The notes beneath the pieces were generated by a model. That model had not been told where the DNA came from, made no database searches, and saw only the letters and a program-made list of their open reading frames with translations. Below, piece by piece: positions 29,964-40,219 of a stretch of DNA of 64,000 nucleotides. A program made the translations under genes and the position numbers. Every line of letters begins with the position of its first letter. The stretch's first letter is position 1. Source of the DNA: an uncultured virus (IMG/VR IMGVR_UViG_3300049259_000212) (Duplodnaviria; Heunggongvirae; Uroviricota; Caudoviricetes); IMG/VR virus record IMGVR_UViG_3300049259_000212; one strand, given 5' to 3'.

Positions 29964-30160
29964 GCAATAAGACGAACCAGCGTCGCACAGGCGCGACGAA
30001 CATGGACCTTGCTGGGAGAGCAAGAATCCTGGGGATGGATGCAACGCCACGCACGTCGCTCGCTCTCGCGCCAAGTGGAAGCGTCGCGCAGCCCGTTCTG
30101 TTCGACGCACGGGCAAGCACAGCCCCAAGCTCGCGCGAATGTCTCGCGTACGACCGGTGA

Positions 30161-30484
30161 GTGCTGTCGATGAATGAGCTAATCGATCCGGCCGCGCTGC
30201 GAAATGATTTTTATCTATCCCAGGCAAAAGCGTCGGAACGAGCCGAATGGTCCGTGAAAGACTGCCCGGCGAACAAGTGCCGCTACTGCGGCAAGCCCTG
30301 GCGAGTTTGGGCGGGAAGTAAGCTCGACGGTCATGCCAAATGCATTGTGACGGAGGACTACAAGCAGACGCTTCGCGTGCTTCTGAGCTCGCCGAAGGTC
30401 ACCTATCAGGAGGTCGCCGACGTGATCGGCGTGAGCAGCTCGGTACTGCGATCGTGGGCTTCGCCGATGAGACAATCTCGATGA
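30161..30484 (+). CDS. Zn-binding plus HTH protein
   Basis: CRYCG; TYQEVADVIGVSSSVLRSW. Confidence 0.6.
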   Translation: MLSMNELIDPAALRNDFYLSQAKASERAEWSVKDCPANKCRYCGKPWRVWAGSKLDGHAKCIVTEDYKQTLRVLLSSPKVTYQEVADVIGVSSSVLRSWASPMRQSR

Positions 30485-30816
30485 TTCCGTATGCCGCACG
30501 CGAATGCTTCAACGTCACGCACTGCACGGCGTGGACGCTTGCGCAACAGCTGGTGAGCCGCGTGTCCAACACATGGCTCAACGAGCTTCGCTGCCACGAG
30601 CTTGCGCGTGCGGTGCAGCAGCAGATGCCGCCGTACGACCTTGCTATCCTCGATGGGCACTGTGGACCCATTGAGCACAGTTGGTTGTGCTTTTCCGACG
30701 GCGTCATCATTGATCCGTACGTGCCGGGCCGTATGCCAGCCGTACAGCTGATCGATCCTATCGCTGCGACACGTCTCTACCGAATAGGCGTCTATCGCAC
30801 CGACATCAACGCTTAG
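30481..30816 (+). CDS. Hypothetical protein (C...H.W...DP transglutaminase-like pattern)
   Basis: RCHELARA...EHSWL...IIDPY. Confidence 0.55.
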   Translation: MIPYAARECFNVTHCTAWTLAQQLVSRVSNTWLNELRCHELARAVQQQMPPYDLAILDGHCGPIEHSWLCFSDGVIIDPYVPGRMPAVQLIDPIAATRLYRIGVYRTDINA

Positions 30817-30896
30817 GATTGTTGACCGCCTGACCCGAGAAATGCAGGATTCGTAACTTTTTCGGAGCTTTCCACGGAATGTGAGATCGTGGAGCG

Positions 30897-31259
30897 ATGA
30901 CCGAAAAGACCGTCGATCGCCTCATCAGTGCCGTACAGGCAATCGTCATCGCTGCCATTGCCGCTCTCGCGAGCTACTATTCCGCGACCAGTGAGGCCCG
31001 TGAAGGCAGCAGTGCCTCGAACAAGCGAGCAGACATCGGCTACGAAACGCTCGTCAAGAACATTGAAGAGTTGCAGAAGGAAGTGAGCGAGCTCCGTGCT
31101 CTTCGCTGGATCGACGACACGGCGAAGAGTCCCATGACGCTGCCCACCGCGCTCAACGACACGGCATGGATGAATCCTCCCTTGCCGCTTGATCAGCCTC
31201 CACCGACGCTAAAAGAAGCTGTCGATGCAGTGGGCGAGACGGCTCCTGCTGCGCAGTAG
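30897..31259 (+). CDS. N-terminal TM plus coiled-coil protein
   Basis: LISAVQAIVIAAIAALASYY then LVKNIEELQKEVSEL. Confidence 0.6.
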   Translation: MTEKTVDRLISAVQAIVIAAIAALASYYSATSEAREGSSASNKRADIGYETLVKNIEELQKEVSELRALRWIDDTAKSPMTLPTALNDTAWMNPPLPLDQPPPTLKEAVDAVGETAPAAQ

Positions 31260-31265
31260 CGGCGT

Positions 31266-32171
31266 CTACAAGAGACAGCGCTTGACGAGATCAAGGGTCA
31301 GATCGTGATTGATACAGTGCCCCGCGTGGTTTCCCGCTGCTGCTGCCGCTAGCGCCCCATGGTAGTGGGCAGCGAGGTCGCCGGCAGCATAGACGTCCTT
31401 CATCGACGTCTGGAAGTTCTCGTTGATGCGCACGTAGCCCTCCGTCGTCATCTCGAGGCCAAGCGATTCGACGACGGGGACTTGTCGCTTCTCTGTTCGG
31501 CAGAACAGCGCCTTCACCCACGACACTGATCCGTCCATGAATTGGACAGTCTCTAAACACTCGCCATCGTGTTCTAGACCGAGGATCTGTCGTTCCTCGA
31601 TGTGGATACAAGCATCAGTGAGTCGTGATCGTTGCTCCTCCGATAGAGTATACGCGCCGTTTGTGAATACGATGACAGATCGAGTCCACGCGCGAAGTAG
31701 GATTGCCCATTCACAATCCTGCGCGGAAGGGGATAGAAAGCCGAACGTCTTGCCGCGATGCTCGAACGCATGGCAGTAGGGGCACTGGAACAACGATCGT
31801 CCCCACAGCGCCTGTGCACCGTACAGCGGCACGGGCTCGTCGACGAGTCCCGTGGCTAAGAGAACCGACCGCGCGACATGGATCTGGCTATCAACATGGA
31901 GGACGAGTGCATTGTCCGCATGATCGATCCGCATCGCGACAGCGTCGGAGTGAATTTCGACGGTGCGATATGCGCGCAGATCATCGTGAGCCGCGGCACG
32001 AAATGCCATCGGGGTGACACGGTCCTGCGTGATGAAATTGCCAATGTACTGCGCTCGTTCGTTTCGAGGCGTGCCGCCATCTACGAGCAGCACATTTTTA
32101 CAGCTGCGCGCGAGTGAAAGAGCGCCCGCAAGTCCAGCGGGACCGCCTCCGATGATCGCCACGTCATACAC
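31266..32171 (-). CDS. NAD(P)/FAD-dependent oxidoreductase, thioredoxin-reductase-like
   Basis: VAIIGGGPAG, LLATG, CPYC, TSMKDVYAAGD; start placed at GTG 32171. Confidence 0.9.
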   Translation of the reverse strand: MYDVAIIGGGPAGLAGALSLARSCKNVLLVDGGTPRNERAQYIGNFITQDRVTPMAFRAAAHDDLRAYRTVEIHSDAVAMRIDHADNALVLHVDSQIHVARSVLLATGLVDEPVPLYGAQALWGRSLFQCPYCHAFEHRGKTFGFLSPSAQDCEWAILLRAWTRSVIVFTNGAYTLSEEQRSRLTDACIHIEERQILGLEHDGECLETVQFMDGSVSWVKALFCRTEKRQVPVVESLGLEMTTEGYVRINENFQTSMKDVYAAGDLAAHYHGALAAAAAGNHAGHCINHDLTLDLVKRCLL

Positions 32172-32477
32172 GTGTCGATCTTCGCTTGAACGGATCGTAG
32201 GCGGCACCACATTCGGGCGAAAACGCCCGAAAGTTTTTCGTCGAGATCTCGTCGTGGTTGTCCACAACGCCGCGACGAGGCGCTCCCGCTGAAGAATGCT
32301 GTAGTTGCGAGTGCACTCTCCACAGTCTTTCCACAGTGAGCATTGTTGAGCGATCTCGCTCACCGTGGCAGATGAGCCCACTCCCGCTTGACGTGTCGAT
32401 GGCCGATTCGTTACACGACCTATCCGTGCTTCTCCAACCCGGGTCCATTGTCACCCCTGCATGCGAGGGTATGTTTC

Positions 32478-33116
32478 ATGGTTGACACCGCAGCGCTCGC
32501 TGATGTCGCGATCCCGAATTCACCTGCCGTAGCTGCTCCGACAGCGAGTGGTGACGACTTCGACTACGGGGCTGACGCGGACCCCGATCAAGAGGCCGCG
32601 GCTCGCGTGTTTGCCGAGGTAGATCTCCTGACCCTTCGTGCCGAGCGCGTGATCGAGCGCCGCAAGAAGATCGAAGAGGAGCTTCAGAAGGTCAAAGCCG
32701 AAGAGGATCAGCTCCTCAACAAGGACATTCCTGAACTGCTTGGAAAGATGCGGCTCGACGACTTCACGACGTCTTCTGGCATTCACGTCAAAGTGAAGCG
32801 CGAGATCAAGGCGTCCCTGCCCGGTCACGATCGCGTTGAAGCCCGCATGGGCGCGCTGCGCTGGCTCATCGATCAGGGCCACGGCGGCGTCATCAAGAAC
32901 CAAGTCTCCGTCGCGCTGGAGCGTGGTGAAGACACCCGCGCTGATGAGCTCGTCGTAGATTTGCTCGCGAAGGGCTTCGACGTCGAAGCAAAGAAGGATG
33001 TCCACCCGTCGACGTTGGGCGCACTCATGCGTGAACTGATCGCAGATGGAAAGATCGTACCTCGGGAGAACTTCAACCTCTTTGACATGAAGATCGCGCG
33101 ACTCACGCGAAAGTAG
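32478..33116 (+). CDS. Conserved phage replication-region protein
   Basis: DIPELL...ALRWL..QGHGGVIKNQV...VHPSTL; usually found upstream of phage SSB-like genes. Confidence 0.65.
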   Translation: MVDTAALADVAIPNSPAVAAPTASGDDFDYGADADPDQEAAARVFAEVDLLTLRAERVIERRKKIEEELQKVKAEEDQLLNKDIPELLGKMRLDDFTTSSGIHVKVKREIKASLPGHDRVEARMGALRWLIDQGHGGVIKNQVSVALERGEDTRADELVVDLLAKGFDVEAKKDVHPSTLGALMRELIADGKIVPRENFNLFDMKIARLTRK

Positions 33117-33179
33117 CTTCCCTTAGGTGTCGCCTCGGCGCCGCCTCCAACAACGAACAGACGAAAGACAGAACGACCA

Positions 33180-34079
33180 ATGACGACCACGCAAAAAGAG
33201 ACTGCCAAGAATGGCGCCGACAAGGCCGCGGTAACGGCGATGACGACTCCGCCCGCCAGCGGTACCGCCATCGAGGTGTTCGAAGACTACGGCGACGACG
33301 CCGGCCAGGGTTTCGAGAACCAGGACATGTCGGATCGGAAGCTCCCGATCATCGAGCTTCTTCAGTCGAACTCGCCGGAGGTCGCGGAGAGCAAGGGCAA
33401 GGTCTACGCCGGTCAGTTCCGCAATACGGTGACCGGCGAGATCTACGACGAAGTGCTCTTCGTCCCAGCGATCACGGATCACTGCTGGACCGAGTGGCGT
33501 GGCCGTGATGATGGCGGCGGCTACCGGGGTCGTCACCCCAAGAACGCCAAGATCGTTGGCGACGCCGTCGCACGCAACGGCGGCAAAGCAATCGGCAAGC
33601 TCAAGGTGCCGCAGGGCAAGGATTCCAAGGGCAAGGATCTGCCTGATCACGAGCTCGTCGAGGGCTTCGAGATCTACGCGATTCTCTATTCACCCGAAGG
33701 TGAGGTCCTCGGGTTTGGGATGATCCCGTTCACGTCGACCAAGATCACGATCTACAAGGCATGGAACTCGTCGATCGGCAACTTCGCACCGACCATCAAC
33801 GGCAAGAAGCTCAGCGCGGGTCAGGTTCCGATCTTCGCGCACCGTGTCCGCATGTCCTCGGTCTCCGAGACGCGTGGCCAATACACGTTCCAGATCCCGG
33901 TCCTCTCACCGGCTGAGGGTGGAGACGATCTGAAGAAGTCGATCTTGCCCAAGTCCGATCCTTGCTACATTGCTGCCAAGAAGCTCCACGACGACGTGCT
34001 CGCCGGCCTCGCCAAGGCGGCCTACGACACGACGAAGCAAGAGGTCGGGCCGGATTCCGAGGCTGGCGTCCCCTTCTGA
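33180..34079 (+). CDS. Putative single-stranded DNA-binding protein
   Basis: GQGFEN...LP.I.LLQSNSPEV; acidic tail ending DSEAGVPF; position beside helicase and polymerase. Confidence 0.6.
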   Translation: MTTTQKETAKNGADKAAVTAMTTPPASGTAIEVFEDYGDDAGQGFENQDMSDRKLPIIELLQSNSPEVAESKGKVYAGQFRNTVTGEIYDEVLFVPAITDHCWTEWRGRDDGGGYRGRHPKNAKIVGDAVARNGGKAIGKLKVPQGKDSKGKDLPDHELVEGFEIYAILYSPEGEVLGFGMIPFTSTKITIYKAWNSSIGNFAPTINGKKLSAGQVPIFAHRVRMSSVSETRGQYTFQIPVLSPAEGGDDLKKSILPKSDPCYIAAKKLHDDVLAGLAKAAYDTTKQEVGPDSEAGVPF

Positions 34080-34162
34080 TCGGCAAGCTGTCAAAAAGTT
34101 GCCCGCTGCGCGTGCACGGATGATCGTGCATGCGCCCTCATCGCTCTGACTAAGGAACGGAT

Positions 34163-34375
34163 ATGAACACGTCCAAGTACGACTCCGCTGCTCGCAAAGA
34201 CATCAAACGCTTCCAACGTTCGGCTGCATACGCGGCGATGAAGAAGGAGCATGTCGCCGTACGCGACGCGCTCGAGACCAAGCTCAAGGATCGCGTGGTG
34301 GTCATCGAGCGCCTGACCAAGAAGCTCGTCGAGGCGGGTGTGGCTGCCGACGAAGTCGCGCGGCTCGCCGCCTGA
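34163..34375 (+). CDS. Small coiled-coil hypothetical protein
   Basis: aagga RBS; 70 aa. Confidence 0.6.
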   Translation: MNTSKYDSAARKDIKRFQRSAAYAAMKKEHVAVRDALETKLKDRVVVIERLTKKLVEAGVAADEVARLAA

Positions 34376-34747
34376 TTGACATCTTGACGAAGTAGATCGT
34401 CGACATCACGGCATCGTCCGTCCTCCCTCGGACATGTCGTGTACCCCTGTTGAAGATCGACTCGTCTGGGCCTCGCCGGTGCGTACAGGGCACCGGCGAG
34501 GCTGTTTCCGTGCCCTGTGCCCTCATCCTGTCCCTGAGGTGATCGTGTCTTCTTCTCTCGATTCTCGCGCGCTCGATCGCGTGTTTCGTTCTCATCCTGC
34601 TGTGGCGTCGGTATGCCCGCGCTGTGGTGCCCGTGTCAGCAAGCCCTGCGTGGCAACTGTTCGCGCGTTCGGCGTTGGATCGATTGGAACTCCGATCGAA
34701 GGTGTCCACGTTGAACGTGTCGCGCGCGCTCGCGAGCAAGGTCTCGC

Positions 34748-35995
34748 GTGAAGTGGTCTCCTTCACAAGAGAAGGCGATCAACGCCATTGCGGCGTGGCT
34801 TCGCGATCCGCATCGCAAACCGACATTCTATCTCGCGGGTCTTGCGGGGTCGGGTAAGTCAACGTGCCTTAAGCACGTCCTCGGGGACTTCCGAGGCAAG
34901 ATCAGCTACGCGGCCCCGACCGGAAAAGCTGCGTTGGTCATGCGTCGTAAGGGCCTGCCCACGGCGACGACGATCCACTCACTGATCTACACCGTGTCGG
35001 GTGGCGATCCGCTCTCGCCAGAAGCGCTCGTGAAGCTTCGCGAGGAGATGAAGCGTTTACGCGCCGTGAACGACAAGGGCGCGCAGATGTCCGCCGACAA
35101 GATCGAAGCGCAGCTCGCGAGCGCAGAGCAGGATCAAGACAGCGGGGGCCCACGCTTCAAGCTCAACCAGCAGGGACACTTCGGGACGTCAGCGCTGGGT
35201 GTGATCGATGAATGTTCGATGATCGATGGTCGCATCGGAAAGGATCTCGAATCATTCAACGTGCCGCTATTGGTCGTGGGTGATCCGGCGCAGCTTCCGC
35301 CTGTATACGGCGCGGGATACTTTACGGAACGAGAACCCGACGCGTTTCTCGACGAGATCCATCGACAGGCTCTCGACAGCCCGATCCTCCGCCTCGCGGA
35401 TCTTGCTCGTCAGGGCAAACCGCTACCTCGCGGTCAGATTGGTGAAGGCGTCGAAGTCCTGCGCTATGGCGATGCGTCGCTCGAGCAGCGCGCATTGACA
35501 GCGGGCATGATTCTCGTTGGCCGCAACAAGACCAGGCACGCAAGCAACGCGAAGATCCGGCGCCTGCTGAATCGCGCTGATGAGCCCGCCCCGGTGAAGG
35601 GTGATCGGGTCGTAGCGCTGCGCAACAACCACGATGCCGGCCTCTTGAATGGGTCGACGTGGACCGTCGAACACTGCACGCCGGACCTTGAAAAGATGAC
35701 TGCCAAGATCGAACTCATCTCAACCGATGAGATCGACGGGAAGCGGGACTCGATCGAGACCTCGGTGTGGCTGCACCCGTTCATGGCGCGGGATGAGGAG
35801 TTGACAGGCCGTTCGGACCGTCGCGGTTACGATGAACTTGGCTATGGCTACGCGATCACGGTGCACAAGAGCCAAGGCAGCTCCTATGCGGACGCTCTCG
35901 TATTCGATGAGTCGCGACAGTTCGGAAAAGATGCCGCGAAGCACTTGTATACGGCTGTCACGCGCGCTGAAAAGACGCTGACGGTGGTGCAGTGA
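34748..35995 (+). CDS. SF1B RecD/Dda-like DNA helicase
   Basis: GLAGSGKS, APTGKAA, IDECSM, VGDPAQLPPV, TVHKSQGS, YTAVTRA. Confidence 0.93.
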   Translation: MKWSPSQEKAINAIAAWLRDPHRKPTFYLAGLAGSGKSTCLKHVLGDFRGKISYAAPTGKAALVMRRKGLPTATTIHSLIYTVSGGDPLSPEALVKLREEMKRLRAVNDKGAQMSADKIEAQLASAEQDQDSGGPRFKLNQQGHFGTSALGVIDECSMIDGRIGKDLESFNVPLLVVGDPAQLPPVYGAGYFTEREPDAFLDEIHRQALDSPILRLADLARQGKPLPRGQIGEGVEVLRYGDASLEQRALTAGMILVGRNKTRHASNAKIRRLLNRADEPAPVKGDRVVALRNNHDAGLLNGSTWTVEHCTPDLEKMTAKIELISTDEIDGKRDSIETSVWLHPFMARDEELTGRSDRRGYDELGYGYAITVHKSQGSSYADALVFDESRQFGKDAAKHLYTAVTRAEKTLTVVQ

Positions 35996-36480
35996 TGGAA
36001 GCGCCGCGCGTTTTGTTGGTGGGGGAATCTAATCCGTACGGATCAAATCCTGAGTTCGCGTTGTATTGCCATCCATCGACGAGCGCAGGTGGGCGTCTCC
36101 AACGCATCCTGGGGCTTGATGAGGATCTGTATCTCGCGCTGCATCGCCAGAATCTCTGCGACGGCGACTGGTCCAAACAAAGGGCTGTTGAGCGCGCCTG
36201 GACCATTCTTTCTCCAACAGCGCCATGGAACGTCGTCGTGTTGCTGGGCCGCAAAGTTGCTTCTGTGTTCGAGACTGTTGCTCTCGGCGGGGATCCGATC
36301 GTTCCCTTCTCCTCGAAGGTTTGCTGCCCTGGCATGACACTTGTTTCGCTGCCTCATCCATCCGGCCGCAACGCTGCGCAGTGGAGCGATCAAGCTCGTC
36401 GACGCACGCGTGAGATCCTCCAGGGACTCGTCCCAGAAATTGCCTGGGGATCCTTCGACGCGAAGGGCATCGCCGCGTGA
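35995..36480 (+). CDS. Uracil-DNA-glycosylase-like protein
   Basis: LLVGESNP, VVLLGRKV, LPHPSGRN. Confidence 0.7.
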   Translation: MEAPRVLLVGESNPYGSNPEFALYCHPSTSAGGRLQRILGLDEDLYLALHRQNLCDGDWSKQRAVERAWTILSPTAPWNVVVLLGRKVASVFETVALGGDPIVPFSSKVCCPGMTLVSLPHPSGRNAAQWSDQARRRTREILQGLVPEIAWGSFDAKGIAA

Positions 36481-36716
36481 TTTCTTGTCCACTCTGCGGC
36501 GGTGAAACGCGTGTCATGGAGACACGCGGGGCCGCGAAGAGCGTACGTCGTCGCCGGGCATGTACGATTCTTACGTGCAGTGGCAAGGTGACGACTGTCG
36601 AAGTGATCGTTCCTGATCGCAAGGCAACGTCGCTCGCGTCTGGCAGTGTGGTCGTGTCCGCGAAGCTGATCCAAAAGCTTCAACAGATCGTCGCCGCGAT
36701 CGACGGAGACACCTAG
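36477..36716 (+). CDS. NrdR N-terminal-like zinc-ribbon protein
   Basis: CPLCGGETRVMETR...VRRRRAC...C...TTVE. Confidence 0.7.
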   Translation: MISCPLCGGETRVMETRGAAKSVRRRRACTILTCSGKVTTVEVIVPDRKATSLASGSVVVSAKLIQKLQQIVAAIDGDT

Positions 36717-39700
36717 GTGGGGGCCTCAAAAGCAGAGAAGGCTGCCGGCTGGCTTCAAGCACCGTTGTTCGCGCCCGCGATTACGTGGAAGGCGACGCCG
36801 GTGTCGCAGATGCCTTCATGGACGGACGCGAAGCGTGTCTGCGTTGACGTTGAATGTCGTGACGACAACCTCTACAAGCTAGGACCAGGTGTCCGTCGCG
36901 GCGGCTACGTCTGCGGCATTTCCTTCGCAATCGAGGACGGACCCTCCCACTACCTTCCGATCCGTCATGAAGGTGGAGGAAACTTACCGGAGGAAGCTGT
37001 TTGGTCGTATCTGCACGATCAGGGCAAGGCCTTCACCGGCGAAGTGGTGTTCAACTCTGCACCGTATGACCTCGACTATTTTTGGGAGAACAAGGTCGAG
37101 TTTACAGCGGCGAAGTTCCATCGGGACGTCCAGGTTGCCGAGCCACTACTCGACGAGCTCCAGAAGAAATACGGCCTAGACGCTATTTGTGCTCGTCGCG
37201 GCCTCGAAGGCAAGGACGAGAACAAGCTTCGCGAGCACGCGAAGGCGTGGGGGATCGATCCAAAAACGGGTCTCTGGCGTCTCCATGCAGGAGCTGTTGG
37301 CGCATATGCGATTGGTGACGTGCGTGCGCCGCTGCGTCTGTTGCGCGTGCAGGAAAAGGAACTCGAAGAGCAGAACCTTCGTGAGACGTACGACCTCGAA
37401 TCGAAGGTGACGTTGGCGCTCGTGCGTATGACGCGTCGAGGAATTCGCATCGATCTGGACGAGTTGGATCGTGTGGAAGCCTGGGCGAAGGGAGAGTTGA
37501 ACCAATACATCGATCGGATTCACCAGCTCACCGGCCTTCGCATCGGATCGCTGAGCAACGCTGAAGAAGTCGGCCGTGCTCTCAAGAAATACGGCGTAGA
37601 TGCGCCGGTGAAGATGCACGGTGGCACGGGCAAGCAGATGTTCTCGATCCAGAAGCTGTGGCTTCAGCAGCAGACGGATGATGTGTCGAAGGCGGTGATC
37701 GCAGGACGCGAGTTCGTGAAGCTCCTCGGCACGTACGTCGGAGGCTATCGCAAGCATCTCGTAAAGGACCGCCTGCACCCGACGTTCAAACAGCTCGTGG
37801 GCGCGTCCGATGAGGACGAAGACGAGGGAGACGACGGCGACTCAAGTGGCGCACGTTTCGGGCGCTGTGCTGCGAAACACCCGAACGTTCAGGCGCAGAT
37901 GAAACGCTCGAAGGTGATCCAAAAGAAGTGGCGAAAGGTCATGGTACCTGACCACGGCAAGCGCTGGTTCAAGGCCGATCTCGGTCAACAGGAGCCGCGC
38001 ATTACCGTTCACTTCGCTGAGATTTGCCGTTTGCCGGGTGCCACCCAGGCGGGCAACGAATTCCGCAATGATGCGTGCTTCGATCCATATCAGCTCATGG
38101 TCGAACTGTGCAAAACGCCTGCTGACCTCGATCTCAAGCAGCTGCGCGATGATCTAAAGGAAGTGTACCTCGGCCGTTGTTACGGCATGGGCGGCGGCAA
38201 ACTGGCTGAGAAACTCAAGTTGCCGACGGTGTGGAAGACACGCACGGACAATGGCGTGACGTACAAGGCGGCCGGTCCCGAGGCACAAAGCAAGATCGAT
38301 CGTTTCGACAAAGCGGTTCCGTATGTCCGAGCGCTCGCCAGGATGTGCACGAAGAGCGCACAGCAAAAGCACTACATTATCGCGCTCGGTAACCGCCGCG
38401 TCCGCTTCGAGCTCGACGAGAACGGTAACATCAAGGACGAACATAAAGCGCTCAACAAACTGATTCAAGGGTGTCTCCCGGCATCTACGCGCGTGCTCAC
38501 GCGACAAGGACTTCGCAAAATTGGAGATGTCGAGCAGGGGGACGTTTGGATTGGATCCTCGTGGGAGCGCTTTATTCGTGTAGATCGTGGTCCGTGCGAA
38601 CTTGCGGAAATCCAACTGTCTGACGGCAAACTGCTGCGCTGCGACACTCGCCATCAAGTTCTTGTGGACACGAACGAAGGTTACGTTTTCAAAACATATG
38701 CAGATCTCCGTAAAGGAGACCTTGTATGCCAGTCGTTGGCAGAAAAACTCGACTTTGGATCTGAGCGGCTGCGGCCGGTCGATCACTACTGGATGGGATT
38801 CTGCCTAGGCAACGCGCACGCGTCGTCCGATCGGAACTCTCTGACAATCACGATCTCGGATCGCAAGGCTCGATACATCGAGGCCGACAAGGTTAGTGAA
38901 GCGCAAACCTACTACCGAGAACTTGGATTTGCGCCGACAGCTCCAAAGCGATCCGCGCTTGCAGGCAAGGATCGCGACAAGCGTTGCGTTACGCTTACTA
39001 TCGAGAGTCGGGATTTACGTGCACTGTATGTGTCGTGGGGATATCCGTGGGGCGTAACCGCGCACGACAAACGTGTTCCTGACGCGGTTTGGACAGCAAC
39101 GCTTGAGTGTCGTCAGGCTTTTTTGCTTGGACTTCTCGATGCTGATCGAACGGTAGGAGCCACGACGAAACATCCAGACGCGCCACCGTACTTGCACATG
39201 TGCCAGCGCCCGCTTCTTGAAGAAGTTCAAACGCTTCTTCGCTCGGTCGGCGTTGAAAGTGTGCTTCGCCAGTTTCCGAGTGAACCTGGCGCTTACCGTT
39301 TGGACATGAACGCTGGTATGGCCGCCGCCGCTCTTGGATATGGCCGTGCTCGCACGCTGAAAATTCATAATGCTGAAGTTCCGAGACATGTCGGCGATGA
39401 ATTCAACAAGCTGAAGATTCGAGAGCCTTGGCGTCTGACTGCTTCTCAGCAGGTCATCGTGTCCCGACTTCGACACGGTCGAACCACGAGCGTCTATACG
39501 CTTCGCGAGATCTGTGAAGCGTCTCGAACTCCAGTACCGCTGATGTACGTGAGCCGTGCTCTCGTGAGTAAGCGCGCGTTGGGAGTGACTGAAACTACGT
39601 ACACCCTGTCAGTTGATCATCCATTGCATCGTTTTGACAGTGAAGGCGTGATCTCAAAGAACAGTGGAGCTCATCAGACGAAGAAAGCGCTCGTCGATCT

Positions 39701-39947
39701 CGACGAGGCTGGATTCCCTCTCCAGCTGACCGTACACGACGAGTTTGGCTACTCAGGTGACAGCGAAGAGGAAGCGCGTCAGATGGCGCAGATCACGTGT
39801 GATGCAGTCGTGATTCGTGTTCCGTTCCGTTGCGACATCGAAGCCGGCGATAACTACGGCGATCTGAAGAAGCTGTTCACCGTGTCGAGCAAACACACCA
39901 CATTGTCTCTGGCCGCTGCGGCGGAACGAAAGGAAGTCCCATGCTGA
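36717..39947 (+). CDS. Family A DNA polymerase (3'-5' exonuclease plus polymerase) containing an intein
   Basis: DVE exo I, YD exo II, YAIGD exo III, KADLGQQEPR motif A, K...LG..YGMG motif B, TVHDE motif C. Confidence 0.93.
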   Translation: MGASKAEKAAGWLQAPLFAPAITWKATPVSQMPSWTDAKRVCVDVECRDDNLYKLGPGVRRGGYVCGISFAIEDGPSHYLPIRHEGGGNLPEEAVWSYLHDQGKAFTGEVVFNSAPYDLDYFWENKVEFTAAKFHRDVQVAEPLLDELQKKYGLDAICARRGLEGKDENKLREHAKAWGIDPKTGLWRLHAGAVGAYAIGDVRAPLRLLRVQEKELEEQNLRETYDLESKVTLALVRMTRRGIRIDLDELDRVEAWAKGELNQYIDRIHQLTGLRIGSLSNAEEVGRALKKYGVDAPVKMHGGTGKQMFSIQKLWLQQQTDDVSKAVIAGREFVKLLGTYVGGYRKHLVKDRLHPTFKQLVGASDEDEDEGDDGDSSGARFGRCAAKHPNVQAQMKRSKVIQKKWRKVMVPDHGKRWFKADLGQQEPRITVHFAEICRLPGATQAGNEFRNDACFDPYQLMVELCKTPADLDLKQLRDDLKEVYLGRCYGMGGGKLAEKLKLPTVWKTRTDNGVTYKAAGPEAQSKIDRFDKAVPYVRALARMCTKSAQQKHYIIALGNRRVRFELDENGNIKDEHKALNKLIQGCLPASTRVLTRQGLRKIGDVEQGDVWIGSSWERFIRVDRGPCELAEIQLSDGKLLRCDTRHQVLVDTNEGYVFKTYADLRKGDLVCQSLAEKLDFGSERLRPVDHYWMGFCLGNAHASSDRNSLTITISDRKARYIEADKVSEAQTYYRELGFAPTAPKRSALAGKDRDKRCVTLTIESRDLRALYVSWGYPWGVTAHDKRVPDAVWTATLECRQAFLLGLLDADRTVGATTKHPDAPPYLHMCQRPLLEEVQTLLRSVGVESVLRQFPSEPGAYRLDMNAGMAAAALGYGRARTLKIHNAEVPRHVGDEFNKLKIREPWRLTASQQVIVSRLRHGRTTSVYTLREICEASRTPVPLMYVSRALVSKRALGVTETTYTLSVDHPLHRFDSEGVISKNSGAHQTKKALVDLDEAGFPLQLTVHDEFGYSGDSEEEARQMAQITCDAVVIRVPFRCDIEAGDNYGDLKKLFTVSSKHTTLSLAAAAERKEVPC
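38472..39662 (+). mobile_element. Intein (397 aa) with LAGLIDADG homing endonuclease
   Basis: IQG|CLPASTRV N-terminal junction; TRHQV block B; MGFCLGNA and LLGLLDAD motifs; GVISKN|S C-terminal junction; removal restores NKLIQGSGA. Confidence 0.9.
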
Positions 39948-40219
39948 AGCGCGACGAACTAGAACATCCCGAATCTTGTTTGAATAAGGCCTCGGCTCAC
40001 GAGCGCCTCTTCGTGCTGCTCGCTCGAGACGTCGCCGCTCCCGTTGCCATTCGCGCGTGGGTCGCCGAGCGCCTTCGCTTGAACAAGAATGTGGAAACGG
40101 ATCCGCAGATCGTTGAAGCGCTGGAGTGTGCGTCGCTCATGGAGGCGGAGCGTTCCGAGATCGAAGATACGCGCCGTCAGGAAACAATCCGCTGGTCGGA
40201 AGGGAACGTGTCCGCATGA
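39941..40219 (+). CDS. Conserved phage hypothetical protein
   Basis: CLNKA...LFVLLARDVAAPVAIRAW. Confidence 0.65.
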   Translation: MLKRDELEHPESCLNKASAHERLFVLLARDVAAPVAIRAWVAERLRLNKNVETDPQIVEALECASLMEAERSEIEDTRRQETIRWSEGNVSA

